DNA of 63,589 nt, filler included, from Lenisia limosa (GCA_001655205.1; 18 parts of 18 records of this genome joined end to end with filler, not necessarily neighbours in it), one strand, 5' to 3'; numbered from the whole stretch's first letter, positions 47,579 through 61,415 are shown. Numbers and translations are program-made. The notes: generated by a model not told the origin, from the sequence alone.

Positions 47579-49772
47579 AGACATCCATCCCTCTAAAGCA
47601 AGCGTGTGAAAATGACGACCTGGCTTGTGTAAAAGCTCTTGTTGCTCTTGGAATCAATTTAGACGAAGAAGATGAACTGGTTAGTTGGGGTGAAGAAGTT
47701 GGTTATGGAGAAGAAACACTTTTGATAATGTGCAGGGGATGACAGGACTACATGTCGCATGCCAAGCGGGGAGTTTGCGGATAGTTGACTTCCTAATCAA
47801 GCAAGGGGCATCTTTGGAAGCCAAGGTAATTGATTAATTGGCAATTTCCGTCAATATTCCTATCATATATGCACATGTAACAGTGACCGTGACGGGGATA
47901 AGTCTTGACCGATTTTCCTCGAGAAATCAAAATCGGTCAAGACTTATCCCGGTCACTGTATCTGGGCATATTATCATATAGCTAGGGCTTCCCTGCGGTC
48001 CCAAAAAAAGACTAATTTTTCGATAAATCCTCGATAAATGTTGATATATTACCGGTCTTTTTCGGACCGTAGGGAAGCCTTACATATAGCTATGCAAGTT
48101 TGGAAAAATATGGCAGTACAGATGGCTGTTAAAAGAACCGATTAAAAGTATCCCTGTTTATTCCCCTAGGCACTGCATTCAGCCTGCCGTTCTCATGATG
48201 ATGAGATCCTCCCATATTTAATTGCAAAAGGGCTGGATGTAAACTCTCGCAATTCCAATGTGAGTCGTAGTTATGGATCAGGAAATCTCGTGTTATTTTG
48301 TATATATTGCATTGAACATAAAATTGATCCCTAATAAGCGAATTACTTAAAAATTAGAACCTTAGTAACAAATATCCAGGGAAGCACACCGTTAATTGTG
48401 GCTTGTTGGCGATTCGATTTGCGAAAAGCATCTCTTCTCATTGACAATGGGGCAGACATTCTCCTATCCGATAATGCTGTAGGCCCCTAGCTAGCCCCCT
48501 CCTTGAACAAAGGATTATTATTAAGGCTTCCCTACTGTCCCAAAAAGGACCTAATTTCTCGATAAATCCTCGATAAATATTGATATTTTAAGCCCTAATT
48601 CCGATATTGATCACATTTGGGCATTTTCGCAAGTGTGATCGTTTTATCTTTTTTATTTCGATTCTAAACATAGTCATAAGGTAATATCACTGGTAGATAT
48701 GGGTTAACAGTTCACCAGACTAATCCTCCCCCCACCCCATGTACCAAGCTCAAGAATATCAATTATCAGAGTTAACTCGTCATTAGATTTAGCCATTATT
48801 ATTTTTCCATTTAGGGCATGTCAGCACTTCACATTGCTGCTTTGGCTGTTGGACAATCAGAGCTTTTGGAGTATCTTCTTGACCATGGGGCTGACATAGC
48901 TATTTGCGACAATACGGTAGGTTGATTTCTTCTTTTTTCACTTTTGATAGGGATTGTGTGAATACTACACACACAGCTTACAAGGTTTAAAATGCGTGAT
49001 TAGTTCGTCGCAATTTAGAAAAAAAGCAGGGTCTCATTGACCACCTGACCATAGTTGATGCGGAATTAATTCCCTTCTGTCTTTTGACCAAACAGTGTCA
49101 CAATGACCTTCATTCCTCAGGGTAGAACGGCTTTGTTCTGCAGCACTGCAGTTGGCAACTTGCCCGCTACCAGGTCCCTCCTCAAACATGGCGCTAATGT
49201 TAACACGCGTAACTCCAGGGTGAGTGGCACTGAAAATCAATTGGATGAGAAAGAAAGATTCCAGATTGTCGTAATTTTACTATAGGGTGAAACTGTTCTT
49301 CATATTGCGGTAAAACGAAGTAAACAGTCGTTTATAAGACTGTTTTTAAAACACGGTGCTCAACTTGATACTGAAAATGACCAGGTGGGTGGGCTGTATC
49401 CGTTACGTGTCGCGGCCCTCTGATGCGCATTTTTGCACATGATTTTTCTTGAGCACATGTAATGTGCATCGTTATATCTAGACGCAGTGAATGCTCATTC
49501 CGCATTTTCACCGCATTATTTAATTCCTAACATAGTGTACTAATACTCCCAAAAATTTATGATAATTTGGTAATGTATAAAAATGTAGTGATAATACATA
49601 ATATATTACACACACACTATCAATTTACCCTCTCTTTGTTACTACAGTAATAAGTGCTTGCTGGAGATTGACTTTCTAGGGGAACACCCCTCTTTTTGAT
49701 GCATGCATGGCCGGACGAGAGATTATCGCTGAATACTTGTTTACTCAGGCCGTCAGTATACCTTATGAAATG
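47579..49772 (+). CDS. Ankyrin-repeat protein (about 8 repeats); probable further exons to about 51840
   Basis: Exons 47736-47825 GMTGLHVACQAG..., 48170-48259 ALHSACRSH..., 48380-48478 GSTPLIVAC..., 48815-48916 GMSALHIAA..., 49121-49219 GRTALFCS..., 49286-49384 GETVLHIAV..., 49680-49772 GNTPLFDAC..., all GT-AG and phase 0. Confidence 0.92.
47881..47958. mobile_element. Family F hairpin MITE (Tc1/mariner-like CAGTG...CACTG|TA), 78 bp
   Basis: TIR CAGTGACCG..GATAAGTCTTGACCGATTTT; other copies at about 25875, 29515, 44155, 44495, 45885 and 57598. Confidence 0.75.
47983..48082. mobile_element. hAT-like MITE (subfamily B), 100 bp, perfect 8-bp TSD
   Basis: CATATAGC|TAGGGCTTCCCTGCGGTCCC...GGACCGTAGGGAAGCCTTA|CATATAGC. 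Further A/B copies or halves near 2961, 3856, 4467, 6845, 10097, 12470, 21411, 23440, 35770, 39098, 44713, 45230, 45487, 48523, 50227, 51535, 52117, 52753, 53310, 57330, 58255 and 61971. Confidence 0.9.
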
Positions 49773-52700
49773 GTGAGAGTCACTTCAACGCATCGACTTG
49801 GGGTTCCCTGTTATTATTTGAGAATCCCATAAATTTCTTCAAATCCATATAATTTCATTGTATTCCCATGTAAAATACGGGAATGCCAACGTTTTCACAA
49901 GAAACCGGTAGTGTTCTTGTTTTGTTTTTACCATTTTTAGATCTTTTCAAGGTTGAAAAGTTTCGTTTTTCAAAATGAGCCGAGGTTTCTTGCAATTCTC
50001 TTTGATTTAAGTGAATCCATTATTTCTTAACAAGTGGAAACAAAGAAGGAAGGCAACTGATTGGTTGAATTATATATGTAGTTTTTCTTTGTAGGTATAA
50101 ATATAGATGATTAGAGACCAATATAAACCATTTGATGTATATTTTTGTCATAGCTAGAACAACAGTTAATGATATCTTGGGAGAAATGAGTAATAGAGTA
50201 TCACAGACGTTTTGACAGAATTATTTCTAGGCTTCACTTTGGTTCGAAAAAAGACTGAATTTATCTATAAATCGTCGAAAAACTATCGACAGTTTACCGG
50301 TATTTTTCGAACCGAAGTGAAGCCCTTTCACATACTACTTGGAATGTTGGTATTTAGTAGTTCAAAATCACAATGTATTCATTCAAAGAAAAATAATAAT
50401 TCATATCTCGATATAATACTAGTACAGAGAGTGGGTCCACTTCGACGATTTACAATTCTACAACTGAAGAGCCGCTTGTAAAGGCAAACCAGCGAATTTT
50501 CTCATTAGAACTGTCCTAAAACTGTGAATTTCCATGTCAAAACAGCAGATGTTCCTGCCTTGTTTCCTCCATACCCAATGATTTGTTCATTTGAAAAAAC
50601 TCTAACAAGTCCACCACACGATAATACTAACAGAACAAAACGTACTGAACTTGCACTCAACTCTTACACAATGGTAACTGTCAATCAACACTAACCTTAT
50701 AATACATGTACATTTAACACCACTTACACTGTTAACACTGCGATATCGGCAAACAAAACTGGCTCCAGTAGTCGACACAGTAGATAAGGCTGAAAAAATA
50801 AGACTGATTCTCTCGAAAAGTTCTGTTTTTTTGTTTCAGCGTTCTTCCTCCCCATCTCTCAAGAAGAACTAGAGCCTCGCTTTCTCTATTAAAAGAGACA
50901 CTTTTCTAAAAAACCCAATCGGTAATTCAAGCGTTAGAGAACCAAAAGTGAAACTTGCACAAAACCCACAGCAGAAAGCTCCAGAGCGATTGGTGTCGTT
51001 ATCTTGCACTAAGACAGCTGGAACGGAAGAAAACGCCGGAGAAAATGTGATGGTGCGCCCCTAATCCACATTAGATGGTAAATCAAACGAGAAAAAAATA
51101 GAACTCATTTCACTAATATGATACGATATCATATCAAAATATAGTATATATATGGTATATTATATAATATAGCTACATATGATATGATATAATATACTAA
51201 TTATATATCAAATACAGTATATTTTATAAGTATTATATTCTTAACACATCAATATCGGGATTTCTGGGAAATACCAATCAATGATTAGTCGAACTCATCT
51301 TACTGTGGTGGTTCCATATTGAAAAACTGTCGGGTCTTTTGGTACAATATCAGAGTTCAAGAGGAGTACGTGGAAGTTATTGCAGCTGTTGACATCATGA
51401 AGATCTCCGGAATAGCCCAGAACTTCTACGTCGCTATTGGTAGGCTCCGTTCTTATCCAACCCTACATTTTTATTACGTTTGCGAATGATCAGATGAATA
51501 AATACTCTAAAAATATCGATATTGAATGTAGGTTGGGCTTCACTTCAGTTCGAAAAAACTCGGGGAAATCTCGATAGTTTTCGAGGATTTATCGAGATAT
51601 TCAGTCTTTTTTCGAGCAAAAGTGAAGCCCTAGATATCGGGGACTGAAATCAATCAAGCCCCTAGATGTGCTCCTTAGAAGTTCAAATTTTCAGCTTACA
51701 TGAGAAACACGGGATTTGCCAATTTCGTTACAAGTAACCATAGGGGTGGGGTTTAAGGCATGATATGGGTAGACAATCAGATTTGCTTCGTTCTGTGTAC
51801 CTTCAAAAATCTAAAGCTGTCAGAACACTGGAAAGGTACGGAGGACCTTGTTTATATATCATATAGACACATTCATATGGCATGTGGCTATACTAGATAT
51901 CATATATGTACATGTACATACAATATGATATGATTTATAATATACTATTAGTATATGATACTAATACTACTATGAATCTGATATGAAAATGTACCACATA
52001 CTATAATATTATATCATATGCACCACTAGAATATCATATGATAATGTAGAGATGCCGAATTAGTACAATGATAAAAAAAAGACATGCAACAGCGATATTT
52101 ATCGAAGATGTAATATTAGGGCTTCACTTCGGTTGTTTTCGAGGAATTATCCAAAAATCAAGTCTTTTTTCAAAACGAAATGAAGACCTAAAATTAAGCC
52201 TTTTTGGTACCAAAGCATGATGTACTACTTGGCTTACCTGAAAAGATGTGTTCTTTTGGGAGACACTGATATCGATAGCCACAACCGCAAGGTACATAGT
52301 GGTCATGTTCCCCTATGTTGAGATTAAACTTCCTGAAATAATACTTCAATATTGTCAACAAAAACATGGGGGACATATTTTTGTTGCTTTGAAGCAATGA
52401 GAAATAAAAAATAAGGTTTATCTGACCGAAGCCATCCACACCATCACGCTTACAAGAGGTATTGAATTATAATCATGTTGAGGCTGGTGAGGAGATTTAT
52501 GATTTAACAAAAAAACTCCAAATCAACTTTGCTGGATAAACATTTGAGAAACACAAGAGGGTTGAAATAACAAACAACAAAGACCAGGTAAGTTGCTTCT
52601 GCAGCACCGCAACCCATAACTCCTAGAGAGGTGGAAAAACAACCTCCATCACTGCCATTACCACAACAAATTTACTAATACAGTGATATTTTATGTTACA

Positions 52701-55700
52701 CTATTTATTATACTGCTATACAACTGTACTTTGATAATTATAACATTGTGTCTAGGGCTTCACTTCGGTTCGAAAAAAAAGACTGAATTTCTCGAAAAAA
52801 TCCTACGATAATTTACCAGTCTTCTTCAAACAGAAGTGAAGCCCTAGGTGTAACTTGCAGTCTCAAACCTCAGGGTATCTTTGGACCAAAGCTGTTGCAG
52901 ACGTTGGGGTTCTTTCAACAATTGAAGAGAGCGCCGGGTTAACATTGTCTGTCTAAAAAGGGTTAACATTGTCGGTGTGAATAGTACCGAACCAGAACGG
53001 AGGGAGGTAATGGTAAATGTTGAGCATTTCCGATAAATCCTCGATAAATATCGTATATAATTATTATACTATATGATATGATGATATTTTGATACATACA
53101 TATGATATACGCATACATCTAATATTTATCGATATGATAATAAATGTCGGACCTGAGGGAAGAAAAGCGGGAGAGATCATCTCCCCTCCCCCTTCACCAA
53201 GGCTGAAGTGAAAGTGAACCTCTTGAAACCCTCTGCAACCGGGGGGAAGGTGGCTGTAGAGAGATGGCTGCTTGGGGCCTGAAAAATGAGAGGCAATGGG
53301 TAAAATATGCTTCGGTTCAAAAAACCCCCGGTAAAATATCGATAATTTTCGAAGATTTATCGACAAATTCAGTCTTTTTTCGAACCGAAGCATGGTTATT
53401 AATGCCGTCTCAGGGCTCCTTTTCCGTCGAAAATAGATAGATCGATATCCCATTGGGACCTAAAGTGGAGTTCGTGTCTCGTTGTGTGCTGAGTGAAAAA
53501 CCGAATCCCTCCTTCTCTTACTTACCAGTAGGCTTAGAAATGGGTCTGCATGGAAATTTCCAAACAAAAACAAAAACAATCACTTTTTGACTGAAAATCC
53601 CATCTCACCAAAATGTCAGCATGAGTGTAAAAGTACTTCGGCTAAAAAAATAAGTTTGTTTTTCAATGCAGATTTGAAAGAAATCAGGGATATAATCACG
53701 GCAAAAAAAAAACCGTTAAACACAACATCAAAACAATATTCTCAAAACCTTTGAATAAGAAGAAGACACCAAGTACCCCGACAAACCAGAAATTCATAAA
53801 GTTGATCCTAAGCAATCAGTGATAAAAAAACACTCTCAATTAAGGCGTGAAGAGATGGAGAAGAAACTTCCATTGATATTGTCTCAGTCTCACCTTCATT
53901 TCTTGGATAGAGGCTGTTAATTCATCAACAGTAGCGTCGAACGCTTTCTAATAAATAAATAGTGGACGTATATGGCCAAATAAAAAACGCCTTCTAATAA
54001 ATACTTAATGGGAGTATTTGGCCACACACTTTGTTGTATTTCTCATTTCTAATCATAGCACACTACCTTGTTGCATTTATCATTTCTAAATCATACACAC
54101 TAACATGAAATTCACTCAAATCCTCCCGCCCCACTTTGGTAACAGCATGTTCAGGCAGAACGGCTTCGGACCCAAGCCTAAACAATAAATAATAACCTTA
54201 TTACATGATCATTGGGCACAACAAGTTACATCATGAAGCAAAAAAGACCCCAACAAATCCTCACATAATCTGGTTGAAGGACACCACGTCACCACTAGTC
54301 TTTAGAAGGAAGCAGCTGGAGGGTCAGAAACGAAATAGTAGGTTTGACATTCTTTGATAAGAAGCTCCATTTTAAGTATCAATTAATAATGGTTGAGTCA
54401 AGGCCAGAAAATAATATGACTAATCGCATAATCGCATAATTCCCAAATAACATTTACCAAACCTTGTCTGGATTGCTAAAAAAAGCAGCGGACCGAAGAA
54501 TAATATCATTCTCTTCATTCTCAACATAATATCAATGTGTTGAGGTTGTAGGATGGGTTGTGAGTGCACTCTGAACAAACTCCTCGGATGCTCAGCTGTG
54601 AACCTCAGGTCGGTTGAGAGTGTGTGAGTGTTGAATTAACATGGAATTAATTCTCCTTGAAAAGCAGTAAGCTTGCCTTGCTTTCCCAGATCACACTGGA
54701 TCACATTCCGATTTTCAAGTCACCCTTCCCATCCACCTCAAGTAGGGATCTTTGATCTAAAATGGTTTTGAAGAAAGCAGCCGCCAAGCCGCCAGCTGCT
54801 GGGGGGGGGGGGGAATTGNNNNNNNNNNNNNNNNNNNNNNNNNNNNNNNNNNNNNNNNNNNNNNNNNNNNNNNNNNNNNNNNNNNNNNNNNNNNNNNNNN
54901 NNNNNNNNNNNNNNNNNNNNNNNNNNNNNNNNNNNNNNNNNNNNGTTGGATCAAGCCCGAGCCAGCCTTCCCACTCACTTTGAACATACTCATGTCAAGC
55001 AAGATGCTACCACTCTTGTCCTTGTATGCCTTATCACCCTCCCCATTCGATGTCCCGTTTTGGAAGCTCAATACGCTCAATGGTAATCGTAACTGTAATC
55101 TGACCAAACTCCCCATCTCAACTTCATCTATAATTTGTCTAAAATGGGATTTCAGTTTCTCAATTTCTCATCTCCTAAGAGCCCAAGGGCATCGATCTCG
55201 CTTTTTTTTTTTGTTTTTTCTTCTTTTTTTTTTTTGGATGTTTTATAATTTANNNNNNNNNNNNNNNNNNNNNNNNNNNNNNNNNNNNNNNNNNNNNNNN
55301 NNNNNNNNNNNNNNNNNNNNNNNNNNNNNNNNNNNNNNNNNNNNNNNNNNNNNNNNNNNNNNNNNNNNNNNNNNNNNNNNNNNNNNNNNNNNNNNNNNNN
55401 NNNAAAAGTAAGAATGTGAAAAAACAGGAGTTTGGAAAGGCCATCTTTGAGGATGTCATGACCAAAGGTGAAATAAAACAAGGTTGTATCTGGCTGAAGC
55501 CTTCCACACTCTCACGCTTATTGGAGATATTGAAACATGTATAATACTAATGCACCCAATCATATTTGCACTACATCTCTGTGCACACACTTTGTGCACA
55601 CAGCTTTCTGCGCACCTCTCCAGTAGTACATATTGTATGAACGGATTTCAGTTCAAAATCACGACCAAGCTGTTCCTCCTCACATCAAAATCGGGGTCAT

Positions 55701-56635
55701 AGACAGAGCACTGAAGAGAAGCGCCCAGTTGGAAGTGCGATTTGACCTAAATATCGGATTAAAGGTAATTGACGATTACAATTGAAGGTATTGAAGATCA
55801 AAGGTAATTGACGAATTTCTGAACACGTGGCACCCCACCACACACAGTAGCTCGATACCATTACCGCTTTGATTGAAAAATCCCTACTTGGGTTGAAAGA
55901 TCTCCCCCCCCCCCCCNNNNNNNNNNNNNNNNNNNNNNNNNNNNNNNNNNNNNNNNNNNNNNNNNNNNNNNNNNNNNNNNNNNNNNNNNNNNNNAAACAG
56001 TAATCAGTTTTATTAAAGAAAGCCACCATAAAAGCACGTTCATTTACGATGAGCTACTGTGGTCCCAAAAAGGACCAAATTTCTCCTGGACCGGTGGGAG
56101 GGGGGGAAAATTGGAAAATTTATGAAACAAAAAACCCAAATCAACTCTGGGGAAGCCATACTATTATTAAATTGATAAAAGTTTCCAACATCATTTGAAG
56201 GGCTTCACTTCTGTACGAAAAAGAGATGTAAACTATCGTAATATACCGATTATGGATCAGGGTGAAGAGGCTTGAAGACGGAAACACCCAGTTTTCGTCA
56301 CAATGAGAGAAGCCAGCAACAAACCTTAGCAGCAGGCTTTTTGGGAAGCTCAATAAGAAGCTTGAACTCTCGATCTAAAAGAGGTCATGGAATCTCAGAT
56401 TACCAATTCAGTTTTCACAGAAATAAGCGATATCATCTCATCTGAAATGTGCCAATATTATTACTTTCCCCAGAACTAACTGCCGTGATGGTAGTAGCTA
56501 ACAACTTGGATCTCCCAACTATTTGCCACGATTTTCAATATTTACTATAGTTATTTTCCCGTTTTTCGAGAGAAAAATAAGCCACTATTACAAATATCAA
56601 TATTAGAGTTGTATCAGTGTAGCGAAGACAATGAG

Positions 56636-56726
56636 TAGGGCTTCACTTCGGTTCGAAAAAGACCGGTGAAATATCGATAGTTTTCTAGGATTTATCGGGC
56701 TTTTTTCGAACCAAAGTGAAGCCCAA
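56636..56726. mobile_element. hAT-like MITE (family A), 91 bp
   Basis: ACAATGAG|TAGGGCTTCACTTCGGTTCGAAAAAGAC...GTGAAGCCCAA|GCAATGAG (7/8 TSD). Confidence 0.8.
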
Positions 56727-57427
56727 GCAATGAGTCTAATATTTTGACCATGCACCCACAACAGGCGCGACCGGGAAGTGGGTTGTGAACTGCCATATCT
56801 TTCTTGGCAGTTGAACGAGAGAACTGAAGTAGTTGACTGACTGACGCGTTTTGGGTGTTGGGGATGGGGATGGTGGTGGTGGAGAGGGGAGGGGCAGGGA
56901 GAGGCTCATCGGTTCGGGTCTGATAAGGTGAGTGGGTGCGTATGTAAGATAAGGTACACTATTTCACACTAAACAACGTTAAATGCTCTAAGCTAGTCCC
57001 CTGTAAAATAAAATTGGGCACAAATTACGACATAAAACAAGGTGGTATCTGGCCGAAGCCATCCACACAAAAACGCTTTGGCATGCAAATGTAGTAGGAT
57101 CGTCTCTTGCTCCCCCTCTCCCCACCTTCATTAGTCTTGCTCCCCCTCTCCCCACCTTCATTAGTCTTGAGAAACATGAGTCTGCATACTCCTCATACTT
57201 GCTGTCAACTACCTTGAGCATTTCAATGCTGCTAATCACTGGTGCGTTAAAACAGCCTCAAAGAAGAACAAGCTCATGTACTATTCACTCCCTTTAAAAC
57301 AAGAATACATACAGAGAAATTATCTAGGATTTATCAAGGATCGAAGTTTTATCAAGGATTTATCAAGGATTTTTCGAGGATTGATCGAGGGTTTATCAAA
57401 AAAGTACGAAAGGAAGCCCTAGCATAC

Positions 57428-57532
57428 AGGAAGAATTCCTTCTCAGCGCCTCCACCACCGCTCTAGTGATGTGGAGCGGGGAGCCGCAGTCTGTCATATC
57501 CAAGTGTGTCAGGGAGGTATTGTGCCTCATAC
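57428..57532 (-). CDS. RNI-like LRR exon of a minus-strand gene that probably extends toward about 52200
   Basis: cag|GMRHNTSLTHLDMTDCGSPLHITRAVVEALRRNSS|gtatgc matches the NxsLxxLdL...l..aL..N pattern. Confidence 0.6.
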
Positions 57533-58559
57533 CTGGGGTGGGCGTCATCATATTTGGGCTCATAAACCATAAACAACATTAATAATGGTGGAATACAATG
57601 ACCTGGAAAAGTAAGTCTTGACCGATTTGCTATGTGATTTCTCAATGGGTTACGACTTATCCCACTCTCTGTATATTGTCAAATTTACGGATATTTCAAA
57701 TGTAAGGATCACACAATTTTTACATTTGAACCTACTACGAATAATCAACTAAATCCCTTCCATCCCAACCCCGCTCTTCCATTGAAATATCCTTCCTTTT
57801 GCCCCTGTACAGAGTGTGCATTATTTGTATTGTTCTTCCTTAATTAATTGACACGTTTACACTCCCGTTCTCAAAACAGCTCACCCCCCCCCCACCCTGA
57901 GCGAGGGCAAGACATCCTTCTTCGTTAAACGGGTTAAACTGAANNNNNNNNNNNNNNNNNNNNNNNNNNNNNNNNNNNNNNNNNNNNTTAATTAATTAAN
58001 NNNNNNNNNNNNNNNNNNNNNNNNNNNNNNNNNNNNNNNNNNNGGGAGGGGCGGAGAGGGAATGGGTTGCGGCGGCGTCTGCGTGAATGTGATGGGCGGC
58101 CCGGTTGTGACACTAAAACGTCAGTAATCCAGAGCCTTGGTCGATATTAAGATGAGGTACTCAAAGAGATTGCCTTGTATGAAACCAAATAATACAGATG
58201 GGCTTTCATGCTTTAAACAGCGGGGCACGAAACTGGGGTTAAGTGATCACGATCAGGGCTTCCCTAATGTCCGAGAAAGACAGTTATAATATCGGGATTT
58301 TGTCGAGGATTAATAGATAAATAAATATCTCTTTTTTTGACTGAAGGGAAGATATATGTAATCGTGAGTGTTGAGAGATGCCAATTTGAATGGATACAGA
58401 AGACACTGTCTGTCTTTTATTTGTAAAAGAAGACAAAAGAAAAGAAAAGCTCTTTATGAAAAGAAACTATTGTTGAGGTATATGAAAGTTCAACAATGCC
58501 TTTGATGTCCGCAGCGGATTTCAAAGACAAAAGTTCTGTCCTAACTAACAATTGGATAG

Positions 58560-59600
58560 ACCTCACTCGCACACGCACCTCTTCTCCCATGGCTTCTGTG
58601 AGTTGAATTTGCTTGGTAGGACGGGAATGGCAGTTGACGAGAGGTGTTTTGGCGCCTCTGCGGGCGGCAGAAGGGGTTTTGCCGCCTTCTTTCGAGATGG
58701 GCGCGAAACTATTTCGTTAATTCAACCCTACCTAATTATTAGAAAAAACTATAAACAATACCATTGTGAAAATGAGAAAAAAAAAAAATTGACAAAAATC
58801 CTCAAATGATTCCATTGTGCAAAAAGCCAAATTCTTATCCGTATTGCACTCATAGCGCACCGGGGAGCGGCTTTGGAAGGACGGAAGGGATCGGTGGAGG
58901 AGAGGCGAACGGCGTGAAGGGGGTGACGGATGAGAAACTTGACAGAGCCTGACTGATTTGTGTTCCGGGACGGAGCTTTGAGGGCTGAGGGCTGCGAAGG
59001 TAAATGTCAGTTGACTCTGATTGTATTTGAAAACCATTATCTCTACTGTTTGGAATTAGATATTCAAAGGACAAATGAAAGATGATATGATTCGAATTAC
59101 TGAATTGCATGAACTGAAGTACAACAGGTTACAAATTCAACTTGTCTCTGCTTGCTAGTGTCAATACTTCACATATATGAAACTGAAGGTGACCCGTGAT
59201 TAGATTGTTAATGGAACAGGAACAAGGGGATATAATTCATTCATACCAATCCCCCCTCCCCAACGTGATCAAAGGACTTGCTGGCGTTGCCTTAGACACG
59301 GACAACGGTCCTGATGGCGCTGTCACCTGGCCACCAAGCTTTGAAAGCAAAACAGATACTGCCGAGTCTTCAACTGTAGCCGGGAACTCTGTGATGGATG
59401 ATGAAGGCGCTGGCTCAGGAACGCTGGATGCTGAAGAAGGGGCGATGGGAACAGCATTATCCTGCGCTTCTACAGTAGTATAAAATATGTTTCTTGATTA
59501 CTTACTTACCAGGGACTGCCTGGATATGGGAAGAGTAGAAGAGATTTTTTTCTCTCTCCTCCATAGCGCTTACTTCCGCCTGTAGTCCTCCAGAACTACT
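58560..59600 (-). CDS. S/P/A-rich low-complexity protein, partial
   Basis: TTVEAQDNAVPIAPSSASSVPEPAPSSSITEFPATVEDSAVSVLLSKLGGQV; DIYLRSPQPSKLRPGTQISQALSSFSSVTPFTPFASPPPIPSVLPKPLPG; SRPSRKKAAKPLLPPAEAPKHLSSTAIPVLPSKF. Confidence 0.5.
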
Positions 59601-60000
59601 GATTTTAGAATTTTCTGTGTATTATTCCTGTCTAAAGTGCAACTGAGTCACTAGCTGTGTCAATGTCAGACGAAAAGGCCAAAGACTGAAAAGAACTGAA
59701 GTATATCAATCGTTACAAATTTATCTGCTAGATTTGATGATTTAGCCTGTTTGACGATCTTCAATTTCTGCTCGTGGTTACAAGTCAGTAATTTCGTAAA
59801 CTGAACTGGACTTTCGGTAAAAAATTTTACCTTCCGACATCAATATCTTCCGATAAAAACAAAAATTACCTGACCACATTCCCCAAAACCATAGTACTAA
59901 CTAAATATAGTTGATAGGTTAAGTCAGAATAGAAGGATGGAAGGAAGAATATGAAACAGCAGTTTGAGTTGAGGCTCTTTTCGGACCCTCTCTTTTCATA

Positions 60001-61415
60001 ATGGAGCAGCAGTTCGTATATTCAGATAATTATGAGCAGTCAGTTGTTGTAGACAGTCCAGGCTCCCTTAATTCGGATTGTTATAGATCAGAGGATGAAG
60101 CTGGAGACTTCTCATGGCAAACCAATGATGGTTCTGGTAGTTGGACTGATGAACACAATCATGAAGGTGGAGACTGGCAAGAAGAAGGTGCTCAGACTCC
60201 GACTGAATGCCTGGATAACTGCTCTATGGAGCCTGACTCCCTTGCTCCAAGCTGGAAGTGGTTTGGGAATGTCAAAATCAAGAACCCGGACAGGATGCTC
60301 ATTCTGCATTCAACAGCCCTCCCTGAAACTCAGGTACTTTCCTTCCTACTCACTCGGGATTATGACTTATATACCTTTAGATCGCTGTAGGATGGTTCCT
60401 TGTGGTTGTTGCATACTTGACTCTTCTTGAAGCTACCATGGATGGCTCTGGACTCCTTCCTGTGTTACCTTTTCGAGCTGGAATAGTATTAATTCTAGCA
60501 ATACTGGTGCTTTTTGCTCGAGGTTTTGCAAAGCACTCGCGATTTGGTGAGCAACATTTCCTTTTGCACTCCTCCTGTCCTTGCACCTTATTTTGTAATT
60601 CACAATCAAGGAGTAACAGAGGCTACGACGCCATCCAGCCAGCTGGGCGACCCGTCCCCGCAACGAAACATATCGTCAACAACGTTCCAGATTGGCCTTT
60701 GCATCTCATGGAGCCTGGTCCTTGTTCTGCACATCTTCTCTGCCTTGTTCAATGCTGCCGCCCCCGTGTGGAGGTTTGCTTTCTGTTTCCTTGGCTAACG
60801 CCGTAGTATGTACAACATTAGCGTAATCCTGATCTTCATTCTACTTGTTACCGTGACTGCCGGCATCAGGGCCCACTTCCTGCCCATCCCGTTCACGTGG
60901 GTCCCATGGTGCTTCTTTGATCTTGGCATTGCTTTTGGGGGTGGTAGCATCAGTAAATTAGTTGGCTGGAAACATCCGAACCTCTAGTGGAAGTGGCCTT
61001 TTTCGTTACTGTTCAGGGCATGTGCAGTGGCCTTCTTCTGTGTGACCCTGATCGAGGAAAAGCGCGAATCCTTTTTTGACACTTCTGTGAGCCGTGGATA
61101 TGGAACGGGCCTCTTGCATCCCAGGGGCTTCGATTGGTATAACAGGCCTTTTGGATAGTCAGTGTCTCAAGAGTTTTGCGTTGAATTAAGCTCGCACCTT
61201 TGATTGTTTAGTTGACGTATAACGTGCTCCTTCCCATTTTCTCGATCATTATCATGGTACTGTCGTGCTTTTTGCGGCATAAAAAGGATTTGGTATGTTG
61301 GGGCCCCTTCCATTCTTATTTATTTGCTGTACTGTGTGGCTCAGGTAACCTCCACGAGCTTGGGACTGTGGTCGAAAAAGAGACGATTGATGAGCTACCG
61401 ATGAGAAGCATTTAA
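60001..61415 (+). CDS. Multipass membrane protein with acidic N-terminus, unknown family
   Basis: MEQQFVYSDNYEQ...ALPETQ, then hydrophobic exons WFLVVVAYLTLLEATMDGSGLLPVLPFRAGIVLILAILVLFAR; FQIGLCISWSLVLVLHIFSALF; MYNISVILIFILLVTVTAGIRAHF; TYNVLLPIFSIIIMVLSCFL; final exon ...DELPMRSI*. Confidence 0.65.

Noticed and set aside
52753-52846. GGTTCGAA in family A repeats resembling a tRNA T-loop or B box
   Set aside because: It is part of a terminal inverted repeat present at both ends, with TSDs in other copies; no cloverleaf.
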